Virus record (IMG/VR): IMGVR_UViG_3300019360_000016 | Coordinates: 1 to 51,381 of that record | Length of the DNA: 51,381 nucleotides | Origin: a virus | Taxonomy: Duplodnaviria > Caudoviricetes | Reading direction: 5' to 3' (one strand) | In this document: piece by piece, positions 9,314 to 17,984 of the stretch | Position numbering within the stretch: the stretch's first letter is position 1 | Layout of the letters: each line of letters starts with the position of its first letter | The notes under the pieces: model-generated | Databases searched by the model: none | What the model was told of the DNA's origin: nothing | Seen by the model: the letters and a program-made list of their open reading frames with translations, nothing else | Program-made: the position numbers and the translations under genes

Positions 9314-11217
9314 ACAATCTCTCTGGGATCAAAATCTTCATCCGTGTAAGGGGCCTCAAAGTTAGCTTCGGCTAACCGAGGATTACCACGAGGGACACTG
9401 GCCTCCGCAATCGCTCTCTCCATTTCCGGGGTTATCTGCTCAATCGGAATGGAGTTGAGGAGAGAGATTCCGGGGTGCCCCTCCAAGTATAACTCTCCGG
9501 CGATGATCCGCTCAGCGATTGTTCCCGGCGACTTCTTCACATCCGTCGGGGTTCCCGCCCCACTCACCATGTAATTCATCATGGAGAGGGCGTCAATCAG
9601 GTCGTCGTTGGGGAGGCGGCTCAAATCCGGAGTGAAGTCCTCCGTCTCTTGGTACAAATCCTTCATGGCCTCCTCACGGTTCGACTCATACTTCAACCAT
9701 GAGGGGAACTTAATGCGTCCACCGGTAAACCGCCACTCCAAGTTGCCGATTCGGCTCTCCTTGGTGACACCGGGCGGGTAGCGGATAGCCCTCACTCTAG
9801 GGGTCCATTCCCCGGTGGAGGACATGAGATTCATAAAGTCTTGCACTCGTTGGCGAACCTCATCTTGGACGCTGATCGCCTCAATGCCTACGCTCTTTAC
9901 TCGCCACTTTTTCCCCATGTACCAAATGATGCGGACCAATTCCTCGCTGCGAACCTTGCCCCGCCATGCCGACAGCACCCACAACGTGTTCCGAGGGTCT
10001 ATGCCCCACACCACCGCCGCCGAAAAGTCCGACATGGCGTGTTGAGTGAAGGCGTAATCCACTGTCATGAACCGCTGCATGGAGTTGAGGAGGTCGGAGT
10101 AACTCAGTTCGGTGGGGGTGGTGAGAACCGTCCCCTCCGGCGTCCGGCTCACCTCGTTGAACCTCACCTTGGTGTCACTACTGAAGGGGTCTGCAATTTT
10201 GGTCGGGTCGTGTTCGGGACGGTCGAGATGGTACTCATTCAGCACCGAATCTATGCTGAGGACCGTCTCCTCATCGGAGCGTGGATCATTACAATACTCC
10301 GCCCTCCATGCCCCCAGACCCATGATCTCCTTTTGGGCCTCCAGGAACTCAGGAGTGAGACGGTTTTCCCACAGGTAGGTCTCCTTACCCGACGTGTCTG
10401 CCTGCACCGCCTTGTAGATACGCCTGTTCCACGATCGAAAACGGGTCTCCTCCGTGTGCAGAATGTGAAATAGGTAGGACTTCGCGTGGAGCAAGGTCCC
10501 AATCCAAAATAGCCGACTGGTGGGACCCAACATGCCCACGATCTGCCTCAACAACATCTGGTTGAGGTTCAGATTCATATTCATGATGTTGGAGCCACCT
10601 TCTGGATCGTATTCGGGGTCATCAATAACCACCAAGTCGGCTCTAACTCCCCGCTTACGGCCGTCAACCGAGAGGGCTCTCACCGTCACGCCGTTTCGGA
10701 GACGTAGGCGGGTCTTGTTCCAGGAGCCGGTTTCCGATTTCTTGGGGCGAAGCTGACCGAAATCGTCCCGAATCCGGGCATTGTGGTCCACTTGGAACAT
10801 CATCTTCTCAATACGTTCCAGGCAGAAATCTCGCGTAGCTAGGACAAATAGGATTTCCTGATTCTTGATGCCGGGACTGACCGTTTCCAGAAGGGGTAAC
10901 TCCAAGCCGATCACTGTCGATTTGGCACTGTTGCGGGGAGCACCGATCGCGTTTAGGCGGTACTGGGCCCAAAACTCCACCAACTCCCTATGGAATGACG
11001 GTGACTCCTTGAACTCCTTATAGAAATTGGCCCCCTCCCAGTTGAGGTAGTAATTTCGCCACAGCCACCATGCGGCGAACAACTGGTCAGGGGTGGTGCG
11101 GGCGGCGATGATAGACCGGCGACACTCCTGGCGACCTGTAGTCGTCAAGGTGTAGTAGTCCTCCGGTAGTGGCCACGGAGGAAGGTCTGTTGCCGGTTTT
11201 ATCACCGCTTCCGCCAT
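9301..11217 (-). CDS. terL: Terminase large subunit
   Basis: Walker A-like APRNSAKST, Walker B LVVIDDPE, WIGT coupling motif, RNase H-like nuclease motifs TVDYAFT..SDFSA and NDDLIDALS. Confidence 0.92.
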   Translation of the reverse strand: MAEAVIKPATDLPPWPLPEDYYTLTTTGRQECRRSIIAARTTPDQLFAAWWLWRNYYLNWEGANFYKEFKESPSFHRELVEFWAQYRLNAIGAPRNSAKSTVIGLELPLLETVSPGIKNQEILFVLATRDFCLERIEKMMFQVDHNARIRDDFGQLRPKKSETGSWNKTRLRLRNGVTVRALSVDGRKRGVRADLVVIDDPEYDPEGGSNIMNMNLNLNQMLLRQIVGMLGPTSRLFWIGTLLHAKSYLFHILHTEETRFRSWNRRIYKAVQADTSGKETYLWENRLTPEFLEAQKEIMGLGAWRAEYCNDPRSDEETVLSIDSVLNEYHLDRPEHDPTKIADPFSSDTKVRFNEVSRTPEGTVLTTPTELSYSDLLNSMQRFMTVDYAFTQHAMSDFSAAVVWGIDPRNTLWVLSAWRGKVRSEELVRIIWYMGKKWRVKSVGIEAISVQDEVRQRVQDFMNLMSSTGEWTPRVRAIRYPPGVTKESRIGNLEWRFTGGRIKFPSWLKYESNREEAMKDLYQETEDFTPDLSRLPNDDLIDALSMMNYMVSGAGTPTDVKKSPGTIAERIIAGELYLEGHPGISLLNSIPIEQITPEMERAIAEASVPRGNPRLAEANFEAPYTDEDFDPREIVCLM

Positions 11218-11616
11218 TTACTGACTCTGCATGGGGTTGTCCACTGGTCGTGCGTTCATGGGGGCAAACGGCTTCACTGCTACACCCGCAGCCTGCACAA
11301 TCGCCGGAATCCCATCCACGACCGCCTTGGTCATCTCCACACCGATCTTCATTTGTTCAACGTTCCCGATCCGGTTTTCCACTGATCGCTCAGTGATAAC
11401 CAAGCCGTCCGCGTTGAACTCGGCACCCCCCGACGACTTAGCCTCCAGTCGGTCGGCGGTGAGTCCTCGGCCGTCGTTACTGTAGAACACAAACTTCCGG
11501 CTGATCGGATCAAACTCCATCCGGGTCTCCGGGTTTGCCTGACTCCAAATCGGAGCCGTTCCCATCCCGCAGGCACCACACAATGCCACAACTACAATCA
11601 CCAATGCTCGAACCAT
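11218..11616 (-). CDS. Putative lipoprotein
   Basis: Signal-like MVRALVIVVVALCGAC ending in a lipobox-like Cys; GGAGG RBS. Confidence 0.55.
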   Translation of the reverse strand: MVRALVIVVVALCGACGMGTAPIWSQANPETRMEFDPISRKFVFYSNDGRGLTADRLEAKSSGGAEFNADGLVITERSVENRIGNVEQMKIGVEMTKAVVDGIPAIVQAAGVAVKPFAPMNARPVDNPMQSQ

Positions 11617-11637
11617 TTGATTTCCTCCGTTCCGAAA

Positions 11638-11973
11638 TTATACCCGGTTTGGGGTCCCTTGTGCAAGCGATAACTGGCGGAACCGTTCCTCCAGTCGCCA
11701 CAATTCCTCTCGTGCGTCCCGTAACTCGACGCGGCCCGCCTTAACTTCGAGGAGAATCTCTACGAGCATTTTGTTCTCCTCTGCGATGCGGTCATTCAGG
11801 CCCCCCACCAACTGCCCAATAACCTCCACCATGTCTCGGACCACCACATCACTCCCCGAACTCTTTGGCCACACCTTCCACAGAAACACCAGAAACCCTC
11901 CGACACATAGGAGCAATGCCACTTCCGCCGCCGGAAGGTACCGCACAACACTCTGCACGATCGTCTCCCACAT
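11638..11973 (-). CDS. Membrane protein, possible holin or spanin component
   Basis: One TM segment (VALLLCVGGFLVFLW) followed by a coiled-coil-like tail. Confidence 0.45.
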   Translation of the reverse strand: MWETIVQSVVRYLPAAEVALLLCVGGFLVFLWKVWPKSSGSDVVVRDMVEVIGQLVGGLNDRIAEENKMLVEILLEVKAGRVELRDAREELWRLEERFRQLSLAQGTPNRV

Positions 11974-12593
11974 CAGAACACCTTCAACAGCGAACTATCT
12001 CCGCCCCCCGGCAGAGTGTACTCCACCGTCAGGGTGGGGTTTTCCGAAATCGGTTGATGGGGGGCCTGCCACACACCCACACCCTCCGCGTAGTGGGAGA
12101 GTTGTCGAATCATATACCGAAATGATCCACTTCGATTGTCTATGGCATCTTGCACCATAGCCACCAATCCGGCCCCCGACCACACACGATCATAAGGTGC
12201 TGAATCCGTACCGATGGTCCCATCAAATATAAGAGTCGTGTCGTGGTCCACTCCCGCTGTTGAGGCTCCTGGACTACTCCAAGGGGTTCCCGCACTAGAG
12301 TTGTTCCAAGTGACCGAGCGAGTAATGACCGGTATGAGCCGATAAAACCGCACCGCCCAATCCGATGCTCCGAATCTCTCCAAAATACGATATTTGTGGC
12401 TTACCGCCGTAATCGTGGACCCAACCGGAATTGCAGTCAAATCCCACGCATGTATCAATCGAGTACCATCCAGACTCGAAAAGTTTGACGTACCTGGTGT
12501 TCCGTACAGAACAGTATTGGGGGCCCCGGACACAATTAAACTATCGAAATCACTCACGGTATCTGTGGTGCTGGCGGGTCCATAGGTGGGCAT
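11973..12593 (-). CDS. DNRLRE/CBM96-like beta-sandwich virion accessory protein
   Basis: RLIHAWDLTAIPVGSTITAV...VTWNN..AGTPWSSPGA...PTLTVEY resembles the DNRLRE-domain pattern. Confidence 0.55.
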   Translation of the reverse strand: MPTYGPASTTDTVSDFDSLIVSGAPNTVLYGTPGTSNFSSLDGTRLIHAWDLTAIPVGSTITAVSHKYRILERFGASDWAVRFYRLIPVITRSVTWNNSSAGTPWSSPGASTAGVDHDTTLIFDGTIGTDSAPYDRVWSGAGLVAMVQDAIDNRSGSFRYMIRQLSHYAEGVGVWQAPHQPISENPTLTVEYTLPGGGDSSLLKVF

Positions 12594-13150
12594 CAGAACA
12601 CCTTCTGCAACAAGTCACTGCCGCCGAGCCCAGGCACCACATACGTCACGGTGAGCGTGAGTCCGGTTGCCCGTGCAAAATCCACCGTACCCGTGTCGCC
12701 GGATTGTATCTTCATACCGATCAACCAATGGGCGACTGCGGAATCAAGACCGGTTTGGGCATCGAACACAAAATCTACTCCCAAGTCAGTGTTGAAGGCC
12801 CCCACCCCTGCCGGAGTCCAAATGTAATGGGCATACCCGGCGTCGATGTAGTTGTAGAGGTCCTCATCGGAGTCGGTGACATCAAAATTATTCAACATGC
12901 TCACCACCTCCACATCCGGAGTGGTGCCCGGATAGGTGACGATCTCCCCCGACAATTCCACCTTGGTGATGATTGCTCCGGCCGGAATGCTCCCCGGAAA
13001 CGCAAACTTCACCACCGATCGCTTTGGTATCGCCGCCACGGCCACCTTGAGGGGGTTGGTGGTTGTGCGGGTGTACACGCCCAACGAGAGGTCGTTGATG
13101 TAGAACAGGTTGGTTGTGCTGGTGACTGGACCAAAAACCGCGACTGCCAC
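12593..13150 (-). CDS. Diverged relative of the adjacent DNRLRE-like protein
   Basis: RSVVKFAFPGSIPAGAIITKVEL and LTLTVTY; similar C-terminus (GGSDLLQKVF vs GGGDSSLLKVF); TGATG coupling. Confidence 0.5.
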   Translation of the reverse strand: MAVAVFGPVTSTTNLFYINDLSLGVYTRTTTNPLKVAVAAIPKRSVVKFAFPGSIPAGAIITKVELSGEIVTYPGTTPDVEVVSMLNNFDVTDSDEDLYNYIDAGYAHYIWTPAGVGAFNTDLGVDFVFDAQTGLDSAVAHWLIGMKIQSGDTGTVDFARATGLTLTVTYVVPGLGGSDLLQKVF

Positions 13151-13162
13151 AACAGCCCCCTC

Positions 13163-13525
13163 TTAGTTGGTGGCCGGGATGTGTTCGATGTAGCCGTTCA
13201 CACAGACATACACTGTGGTTGCGGCTCCACTCAATCCCACCCGCAACTTCTCATTGGTTCCCGCTTTCAGGGCCTTCGAGAAATTGAACACCCAACCACC
13301 CTCCGCCTTGGCGTACCCCTCCCACAACACCGTGGAGGCGGAGTAAATCGTAACCAAGACTCCGGCAGTGGTGCTGGAGTTAGTCACCAAGATGTCGCGG
13401 AGGCAGTAACGTTGGGCTGCCCCCGGAGCACTGGCGGTGAGATCGGTGGGACCGGTGGCTGTGAACGACCCACACACACTGAACGATTGGTCAGTCCCAT
13501 GAATTGCGTTTTCCGGTGACTGCAT
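13163..13525 (-). CDS. Small beta-sandwich virion (decoration/fibre-like) protein
   Basis: 120 aa, Thr/Ala/Gly-rich alternating beta pattern; similar to 14979-15431. Confidence 0.5.
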   Translation of the reverse strand: MQSPENAIHGTDQSFSVCGSFTATGPTDLTASAPGAAQRYCLRDILVTNSSTTAGVLVTIYSASTVLWEGYAKAEGGWVFNFSKALKAGTNEKLRVGLSGAATTVYVCVNGYIEHIPATN

Positions 13526-13529
13526 AGCT

Positions 13530-14069
13530 TCACTCCCCCAAGGCTCTGCGTGTGAGAGCCGTCATAATTGCATGAAACAGGGTGTACCGAAACAGAATCT
13601 CCCCCGCAGACATCTTCAGGGTGTCCCGGTAGTAGTTGGTGATCCGGTCCACAAACCACGGATCGCTCATCAACTTCTTCACTTCCTCAATGGTTTGAAC
13701 AATATCCGGGTAGGGGTACACCGTCCAACTGGGTAGCCCCAAGGCCAAGAAATGCCTCTTAACCATGTCATCCATGCACATATTGGAGACATCATCAAGT
13801 ATTCTTCGGGTTAGCCCAGACATTTCGCGGACCGAGGACACCGACTCCGGAATGGGGATTGGCCTCAGTTCCGGCACCGGGTACTTTTTGGGTCGTCCGG
13901 CTCTCCGTTTTTCCGGTTTCAGCCTCTCCAACTCCAACATCTTCTGTTCGCTCAGGGCTTGGTCCACCAGCGGCGTCGGCGGTAACTGTTCCGTCGGCTG
14001 TTCCGTCGGTGAGTTGTCGGGGTTCGGCTTCTCGCACTCCAAGGTCACTGTCGGGTTCGCGGTCTCCAT
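13530..14069 (-). CDS. Hypothetical protein with AT-hook-like motif
   Basis: AAGGA RBS; RRAGRPKK motif; helical C-terminal half. Confidence 0.55.
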   Translation of the reverse strand: METANPTVTLECEKPNPDNSPTEQPTEQLPPTPLVDQALSEQKMLELERLKPEKRRAGRPKKYPVPELRPIPIPESVSSVREMSGLTRRILDDVSNMCMDDMVKRHFLALGLPSWTVYPYPDIVQTIEEVKKLMSDPWFVDRITNYYRDTLKMSAGEILFRYTLFHAIMTALTRRALGE

Positions 14070-14463
14070 GAAATATCCTTTGTACGTTGGGGTTTACCGG
14101 AGCGGCACTCAACGGCCTCGCCGGGGGGCGGGTAATAGCCCGCACACTCTCAATGTCACGAGTAATGGTTTCACCAGTCTGTTCATCGGTGACTTCACGC
14201 CGCTCCTTCGCGGTCACGAGGAGGCCACTTATTTCTGCGCACTCCCTAACGATGTCGCGGACTTCCTTAATCGCCGCAATCCGTTGGGTCGCCGAAACCG
14301 GGTTGTTGATCGGGTCCTCCGTGATTCCTTTAACGATCTCCGCCAAAGCACCAACCAACTCGGAGGGGGTCAGCCCATGATTCTCTACGGCTTTAGCAAC
14401 TTCCTCCGCATCAAACAGCCTCAGAGCCGCCTTGCACTTCTGGTACACGCTGAGTTCGTTCAT
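13795..14463 (-). CDS. Probable terminase small subunit
   Basis: Helical N-terminal half with ATQRIAAIKEVRD segment resembling TerS oligomerisation helices; near the start of the late operon; ATGA coupling. Confidence 0.4.
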   Translation of the reverse strand: MNELSVYQKCKAALRLFDAEEVAKAVENHGLTPSELVGALAEIVKGITEDPINNPVSATQRIAAIKEVRDIVRECAEISGLLVTAKERREVTDEQTGETITRDIESVRAITRPPARPLSAAPVNPNVQRIFHGDREPDSDLGVREAEPRQLTDGTADGTVTADAAGGPSPERTEDVGVGEAETGKTESRTTQKVPGAGTEANPHSGVGVLGPRNVWANPKNT

Positions 14464-14921
14464 GCGTGTAGCTCCAAAACCGCAGCCTCCATCTCCGCAG
14501 CCAAGTTACGCCGACTAGTATTCTGGATGTTGTCTATTGCGTAGTTGAAACACATCCGCACTCCACTAGCCGCCGGAAACGCAGACGTAAAGTTCAACAC
14601 CGTCACATTGCCGTTACTGGTGTCTATGAACACTCCGGTCGCTTGGAACGTAGGGGTTTGCGTACACGGCAGTTCTATATCCTTACTCGGACGCCATCCC
14701 GGCGGTAGGGTGAAAATGACACTACTCGGTGTAGCGGAGGTAGCCGACACAAATCCTCTGACGTACACCACTGAGCCGATTTTCCGATATGCTGCCCCGT
14801 TACCACTAACGTTGCTCCACCCCGATCCGACCGTCGCTGTCACCCAACCGGTGTCCTCTATGACTCTCCGGGTTTGGGTGAGCCGCCACAGCGTCTCTCT
14901 AAGTCGTCCGTCAGGGTCCAT
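14460..14921 (-). CDS. Receptor-binding/fibre head-like protein
   Basis: DTGWV...YRKIGSVVYVRG...IFTLPPGWRPS pattern common in phage fibre/RBP C-terminal domains. Confidence 0.65.
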   Translation of the reverse strand: MDPDGRLRETLWRLTQTRRVIEDTGWVTATVGSGWSNVSGNGAAYRKIGSVVYVRGFVSATSATPSSVIFTLPPGWRPSKDIELPCTQTPTFQATGVFIDTSNGNVTVLNFTSAFPAASGVRMCFNYAIDNIQNTSRRNLAAEMEAAVLELHA

Positions 14922-14931
14922 AGGGGGTCCT

Positions 14932-14965
14932 AAAAAGAGTTGAGGGGAGTACTACCTCCCCCCAA
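14932..14965 (-). terminator. Putative intrinsic terminator
   Basis: TTGGGGGGAG-GTAGTA-CTCCCCTCAA stem followed by CTCTTTTT. Confidence 0.5.
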
Positions 14966-14978
14966 ACCCGCATCACCG

Positions 14979-15431
14979 CTAGAACGAAGCGGCGTCATCC
15001 TCGTTGCTGGTCCAGAATCCCATCACCGTGATGTTGGCCGTAGCCGAACCGACCGCCGTTCCCGTGCTGTACCGAACCGCAGTACCCGCACTGGTATCAA
15101 ACAATAGCGGCTTCTCAAACTTCAGGTGTACGAGTCGCTGCATCGTGGTCAGACCAGTCGTTCCACCACCACCCACCAACACGTTACTAATCACCGGCAC
15201 TGCACCCGCCAACAGCGTAACCGGAATCAGTGTATCCGCAGCCACCGTAGCACAGTTGATGATGATATCCGTAGCCCAAAACTTCGTCCGTGTCCCCAAA
15301 GCCGTCAGAGTTGCAGCCGAAATCAAATCCGTAGCCGCCGTGGCTCCCGCTACAGCTGCCACATGAGCCACCAGACCGTTCCGCGTGCCCAAGTGTAGCC
15401 CCAGGGCCTTACTAACCGTTCTCAGTACCAT
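14979..15431 (-). CDS. Small beta-sandwich virion (decoration-like) protein
   Basis: 150 aa, Ala/Thr/Gly-rich; first gene of the late cluster with its own promoter and terminator, as expected for an abundant product. Confidence 0.5.
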   Translation of the reverse strand: MVLRTVSKALGLHLGTRNGLVAHVAAVAGATAATDLISAATLTALGTRTKFWATDIIINCATVAADTLIPVTLLAGAVPVISNVLVGGGGTTGLTTMQRLVHLKFEKPLLFDTSAGTAVRYSTGTAVGSATANITVMGFWTSNEDDAASF

Positions 15432-15556
15432 AACCGTTTTCCCCTTCGGGTAAAGGGCCTACCACCGAAAACCGCAACCCCCAAGGTGCAGTCCTCACTA
15501 CCGACCCCGTACCGGTAGCAGTGGCCAAAACGTCTCTCCGTTTTGATTCACCGACC

Positions 15557-15565
15557 ATTGTATCA
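15557..15565 (-). promoter_or_regulatory. Extended -10 promoter candidate for the late cluster
   Basis: TGATACAAT about 125 nt upstream of the 15431 start; -35 weak. Confidence 0.4.
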
Positions 15566-15695
15566 TAAAGCCCTCTCGCCTTCCACTATCCCCGTTTTCA
15601 GGCTCCCTACCCGCTCACCCAAAACCGCCTCCCCCTGTTAACTTAGGTAATTTGGACCACCACTCTGGTACTGCCGGTCCTCACCGTTTTTAACC

Positions 15696-16051
15696 TAACT
15701 CCTTACCCAGCCCCGTTTTAGCTCCTGGTACCACCAGTACCGGCACTTTCCGGGTACCCCCTCATAATGATGTTTTTCGATTTTGCCATAAAGGTTGACC
15801 ATCGACAGGTGGTACTGGTGGTACTTTGGGCTTAACTCCTTACCGGGTAAGCAGTTAGTGGGTACCACCAGCAAAAACAGAGTACCGGGTCTCTGGTACT
15901 CGCGGCGTAACCCTAAGCGGCATAAGCAGTTATCGGGTACCACCAGGGTTTTTAGTGTCACCGCTCGTGACACCCGACCAAGCAGGGGTGCGTTTGGCGG
16001 GTACCACCAGTCAAAACCGCGTCAAATTGAGCAGTTCGATCGTAACTCCTT
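15696..16051. repeat. Iteron-like repeat cluster (putative origin or packaging region)
   Basis: GGTACCACCAG at 15727, 15861, 15936, 16000 and inverted CTGGTGGTAC at 15815; TAACTCCTT at 15696, 15833, 16043; TAAGCAGTTA at 15848 and 15923. Confidence 0.7.
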
Positions 16052-16458
16052 GGTGTGCCTGGTTTTGTGGGAGCCCGTTTTCGGAGTTGGGACCGGGATT
16101 GTGGGTAAACTGGTAATCTGTGCCGGTTGTAGCGGTTATTGGGCACCGTTTTGGGCGGGTAACGTTGGAACCGTTAAACTCCCCCCAGTTTAACCCTGGG
16201 GGCTAAAAGTTGGGGGAAACCATATGAACCCTTCCGTCTGCACTGTCCGACCCACCGGGGGGCCGACGGGGGGTCCGGGTTTGGGGGTCGCGGTTTCCTG
16301 GCTCACACAGAGTTAGGCCGGTCCCTGTTAGGATGTTCGGACCCGTTTATCCGTTGAGCGGCGTGAGAACGGGACTGAATCGGAGGCCCGGTGTCCGGTT
16401 TAGGTGCGGGAAGTGTTCGGGGGATAGGGATTCGGGAAAAGTTGGACCGGTCCCTAAG

Positions 16459-16560
16459 CGGATAATCGGAGCCGTTTGTCCGATGAACGTCACGCGGATA
16501 AGCGGATATGCGGATCGGATTGTCCGGTGATAGGTGGGCGGGTAAACGGATAATCGGATA
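16459..16560. repeat. Short CGGAT(A) repeat cluster
   Basis: CGGATA at 16459, 16495, 16503, 16547, 16555; CGGAT at 16511, 16516; CGGATAATCGGA occurs twice. Confidence 0.65.
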
Positions 16561-16712
16561 AGGTGGTCCGATTTGATGCGGGAAATGTTAGGTGAGAGTT
16601 AGGGGGGACATGAGAAATGTAGTGTGGGTTAGGGAGTGTAGTCTAGGGTACACTTTCCCCCAGCTGGACCGCCGACATGAACCCCCATTTTCACCCCACT
16701 ATTGCAAAATAT

Positions 16713-16755
16713 TGCGACCAACAATAACTGCAATAAAATGCAATAATTGGTCGCA
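16713..16755. promoter_or_regulatory. Inverted repeat enclosing phased AT-rich direct repeats (operator-like)
   Basis: TGCGACCAA...TTGGTCGCA flanking CAATAA at 16722, 16731, 16741. Confidence 0.5.
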
Positions 16756-16756
16756 G

Positions 16757-16794
16757 AAAAAAAGCCCCCACGCGGCCACAACCGCATGAGGGGA
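16757..16794 (-). terminator. Intrinsic terminator closing the accessory region
   Basis: CCCCTCATGCGG...CCGCGTGGGGGC stem followed by T7, just after the 16801 stop. Confidence 0.75.
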
Positions 16795-16800
16795 CAGCAC

Positions 16801-17418
16801 TTACACGCCTAGCAGCGTTTCCGTGGTCGGCCACCACCGAGCCAGCACGTCCAAGATATGCTCCGTTTTCCGCTCGGCCGCCGCGTGTGTCTCATCCTGC
16901 GTGGCTAGGGGCATACTGGCCACACACTCATCATACACCACTGCCAGGATCGCCGCGTACCGAATCTGTGCCGCGTCGCTGATCGTCCTATCTACCTGCA
17001 CGCCGCGTACCGTCTCCGGTATGCTCCAGCCCGCTCCTCGTACGGCCCTACGCCGCTGTCCGCGTGTCACCGCACGCTCCACCGCCGCCCTCATAGACTC
17101 ATGTAGGTAGTACGTCTCGCACGCACGGGCCGCTACCCTAGCTATCCTCGCCCTAGGCCGTCGCTCTAGCCATCGCTCCCCCCACACCACAGCATTGGCG
17201 GCCCGGGTCAGCCCTGCCTGCAATGCCCGCTCCCCGTGCCGCGTATGCTCCATGATGCCACTAGTCCATTGCCGCACAAATAGGGCCGCCAGGCTGACCG
17301 ACTCACCGTCCAGGGTCCGCCGTCTGAGCCAGGCCCGATCCGAGCACCGATCCTCGACGATCATCGGCACTTCTGCCCGCAACCGAAAATAACGTCTCTC
17401 GCTGGGGTCTAGTATCAT
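16801..17418 (-). CDS. Hypothetical Arg/Ala-rich protein
   Basis: GGGGAG RBS before ATG at 17418 (MILDPSERRYF); the longer ORF start would cross a terminator. Confidence 0.6.
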   Translation of the reverse strand: MILDPSERRYFRLRAEVPMIVEDRCSDRAWLRRRTLDGESVSLAALFVRQWTSGIMEHTRHGERALQAGLTRAANAVVWGERWLERRPRARIARVAARACETYYLHESMRAAVERAVTRGQRRRAVRGAGWSIPETVRGVQVDRTISDAAQIRYAAILAVVYDECVASMPLATQDETHAAAERKTEHILDVLARWWPTTETLLGV

Positions 17419-17440
17419 CGCGTGTTCTCCCCGCGGCAAC

Positions 17441-17475
17441 AAAAAAAAAACCCCCCGGAGGGCTAGTCCGGGGGG
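17441..17475 (-). terminator. Intrinsic terminator
   Basis: CCCCCCGGA-CTAGCCC-TCCGGGGGG followed by T10. Confidence 0.85.
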
Positions 17476-17483
17476 CACACCAC

Positions 17484-17822
17484 TCACTCCCACTGCCCAG
17501 CTTTTCCGCCGGATTTTCTCTCGCTGGCCGCGGCGAGATAGAGCCTGAACGCCATGCCGCTCGCTAGGCCGGGCCGAAACTTACTGCCGGCCGATATCAG
17601 CCCGTTTCGGTCGCCGGCCGGCTTGCGGGCGGCCCAGCCGTCCGGATCAGGATACCCGGATTCAGTGTCGATCTCTGCGTGTGGGATGCTGACCACACCA
17701 TCGTCGCCGCCAAGATGCAGCCGGTCCATAGCGTCCAGGGCCCCCTCCAGCACGATGATACCGGCATCCTCCGGTACGTCGATCGTCCGCATAGGTACTG
17801 GGGTTTTTGCTCTAGTGGCCAT
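17484..17822 (-). CDS. Hypothetical protein
   Basis: 112 aa, GGGAG RBS, followed by terminator. Confidence 0.65.
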   Translation of the reverse strand: MATRAKTPVPMRTIDVPEDAGIIVLEGALDAMDRLHLGGDDGVVSIPHAEIDTESGYPDPDGWAARKPAGDRNGLISAGSKFRPGLASGMAFRLYLAAASERKSGGKAGQWE

Positions 17823-17984
17823 TCTATGTCTCCCTGCGATCCTGTCTCGGTCGCCTACTCGGTCGGATCACGCCTAGTAGGTGTTTCGGCCTACACGGCC
17901 GAACGTAATTGGGCTCCTGTCTCGCGGGTGATCCGCTCGATGCAGGCATCATCCTCGATGATCGTGTCCGAAGGGTGCTCGGGC

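Noticed and set aside
15696-16560. CRISPR array in the repeat-rich non-coding region
   Set aside because: Repeats are only 6-24 nt, irregularly spaced and in both orientations; the Cas4-like gene fits the usual phage recombination module
17826-17984. Hammerhead-like RNA or ORF (GGCC-GTGTA-GGCC-GAAAC; TCCTGTCTCG twice)
   Set aside because: CUGANGA half is missing and the open frame has no nearby start; only weak hairpins
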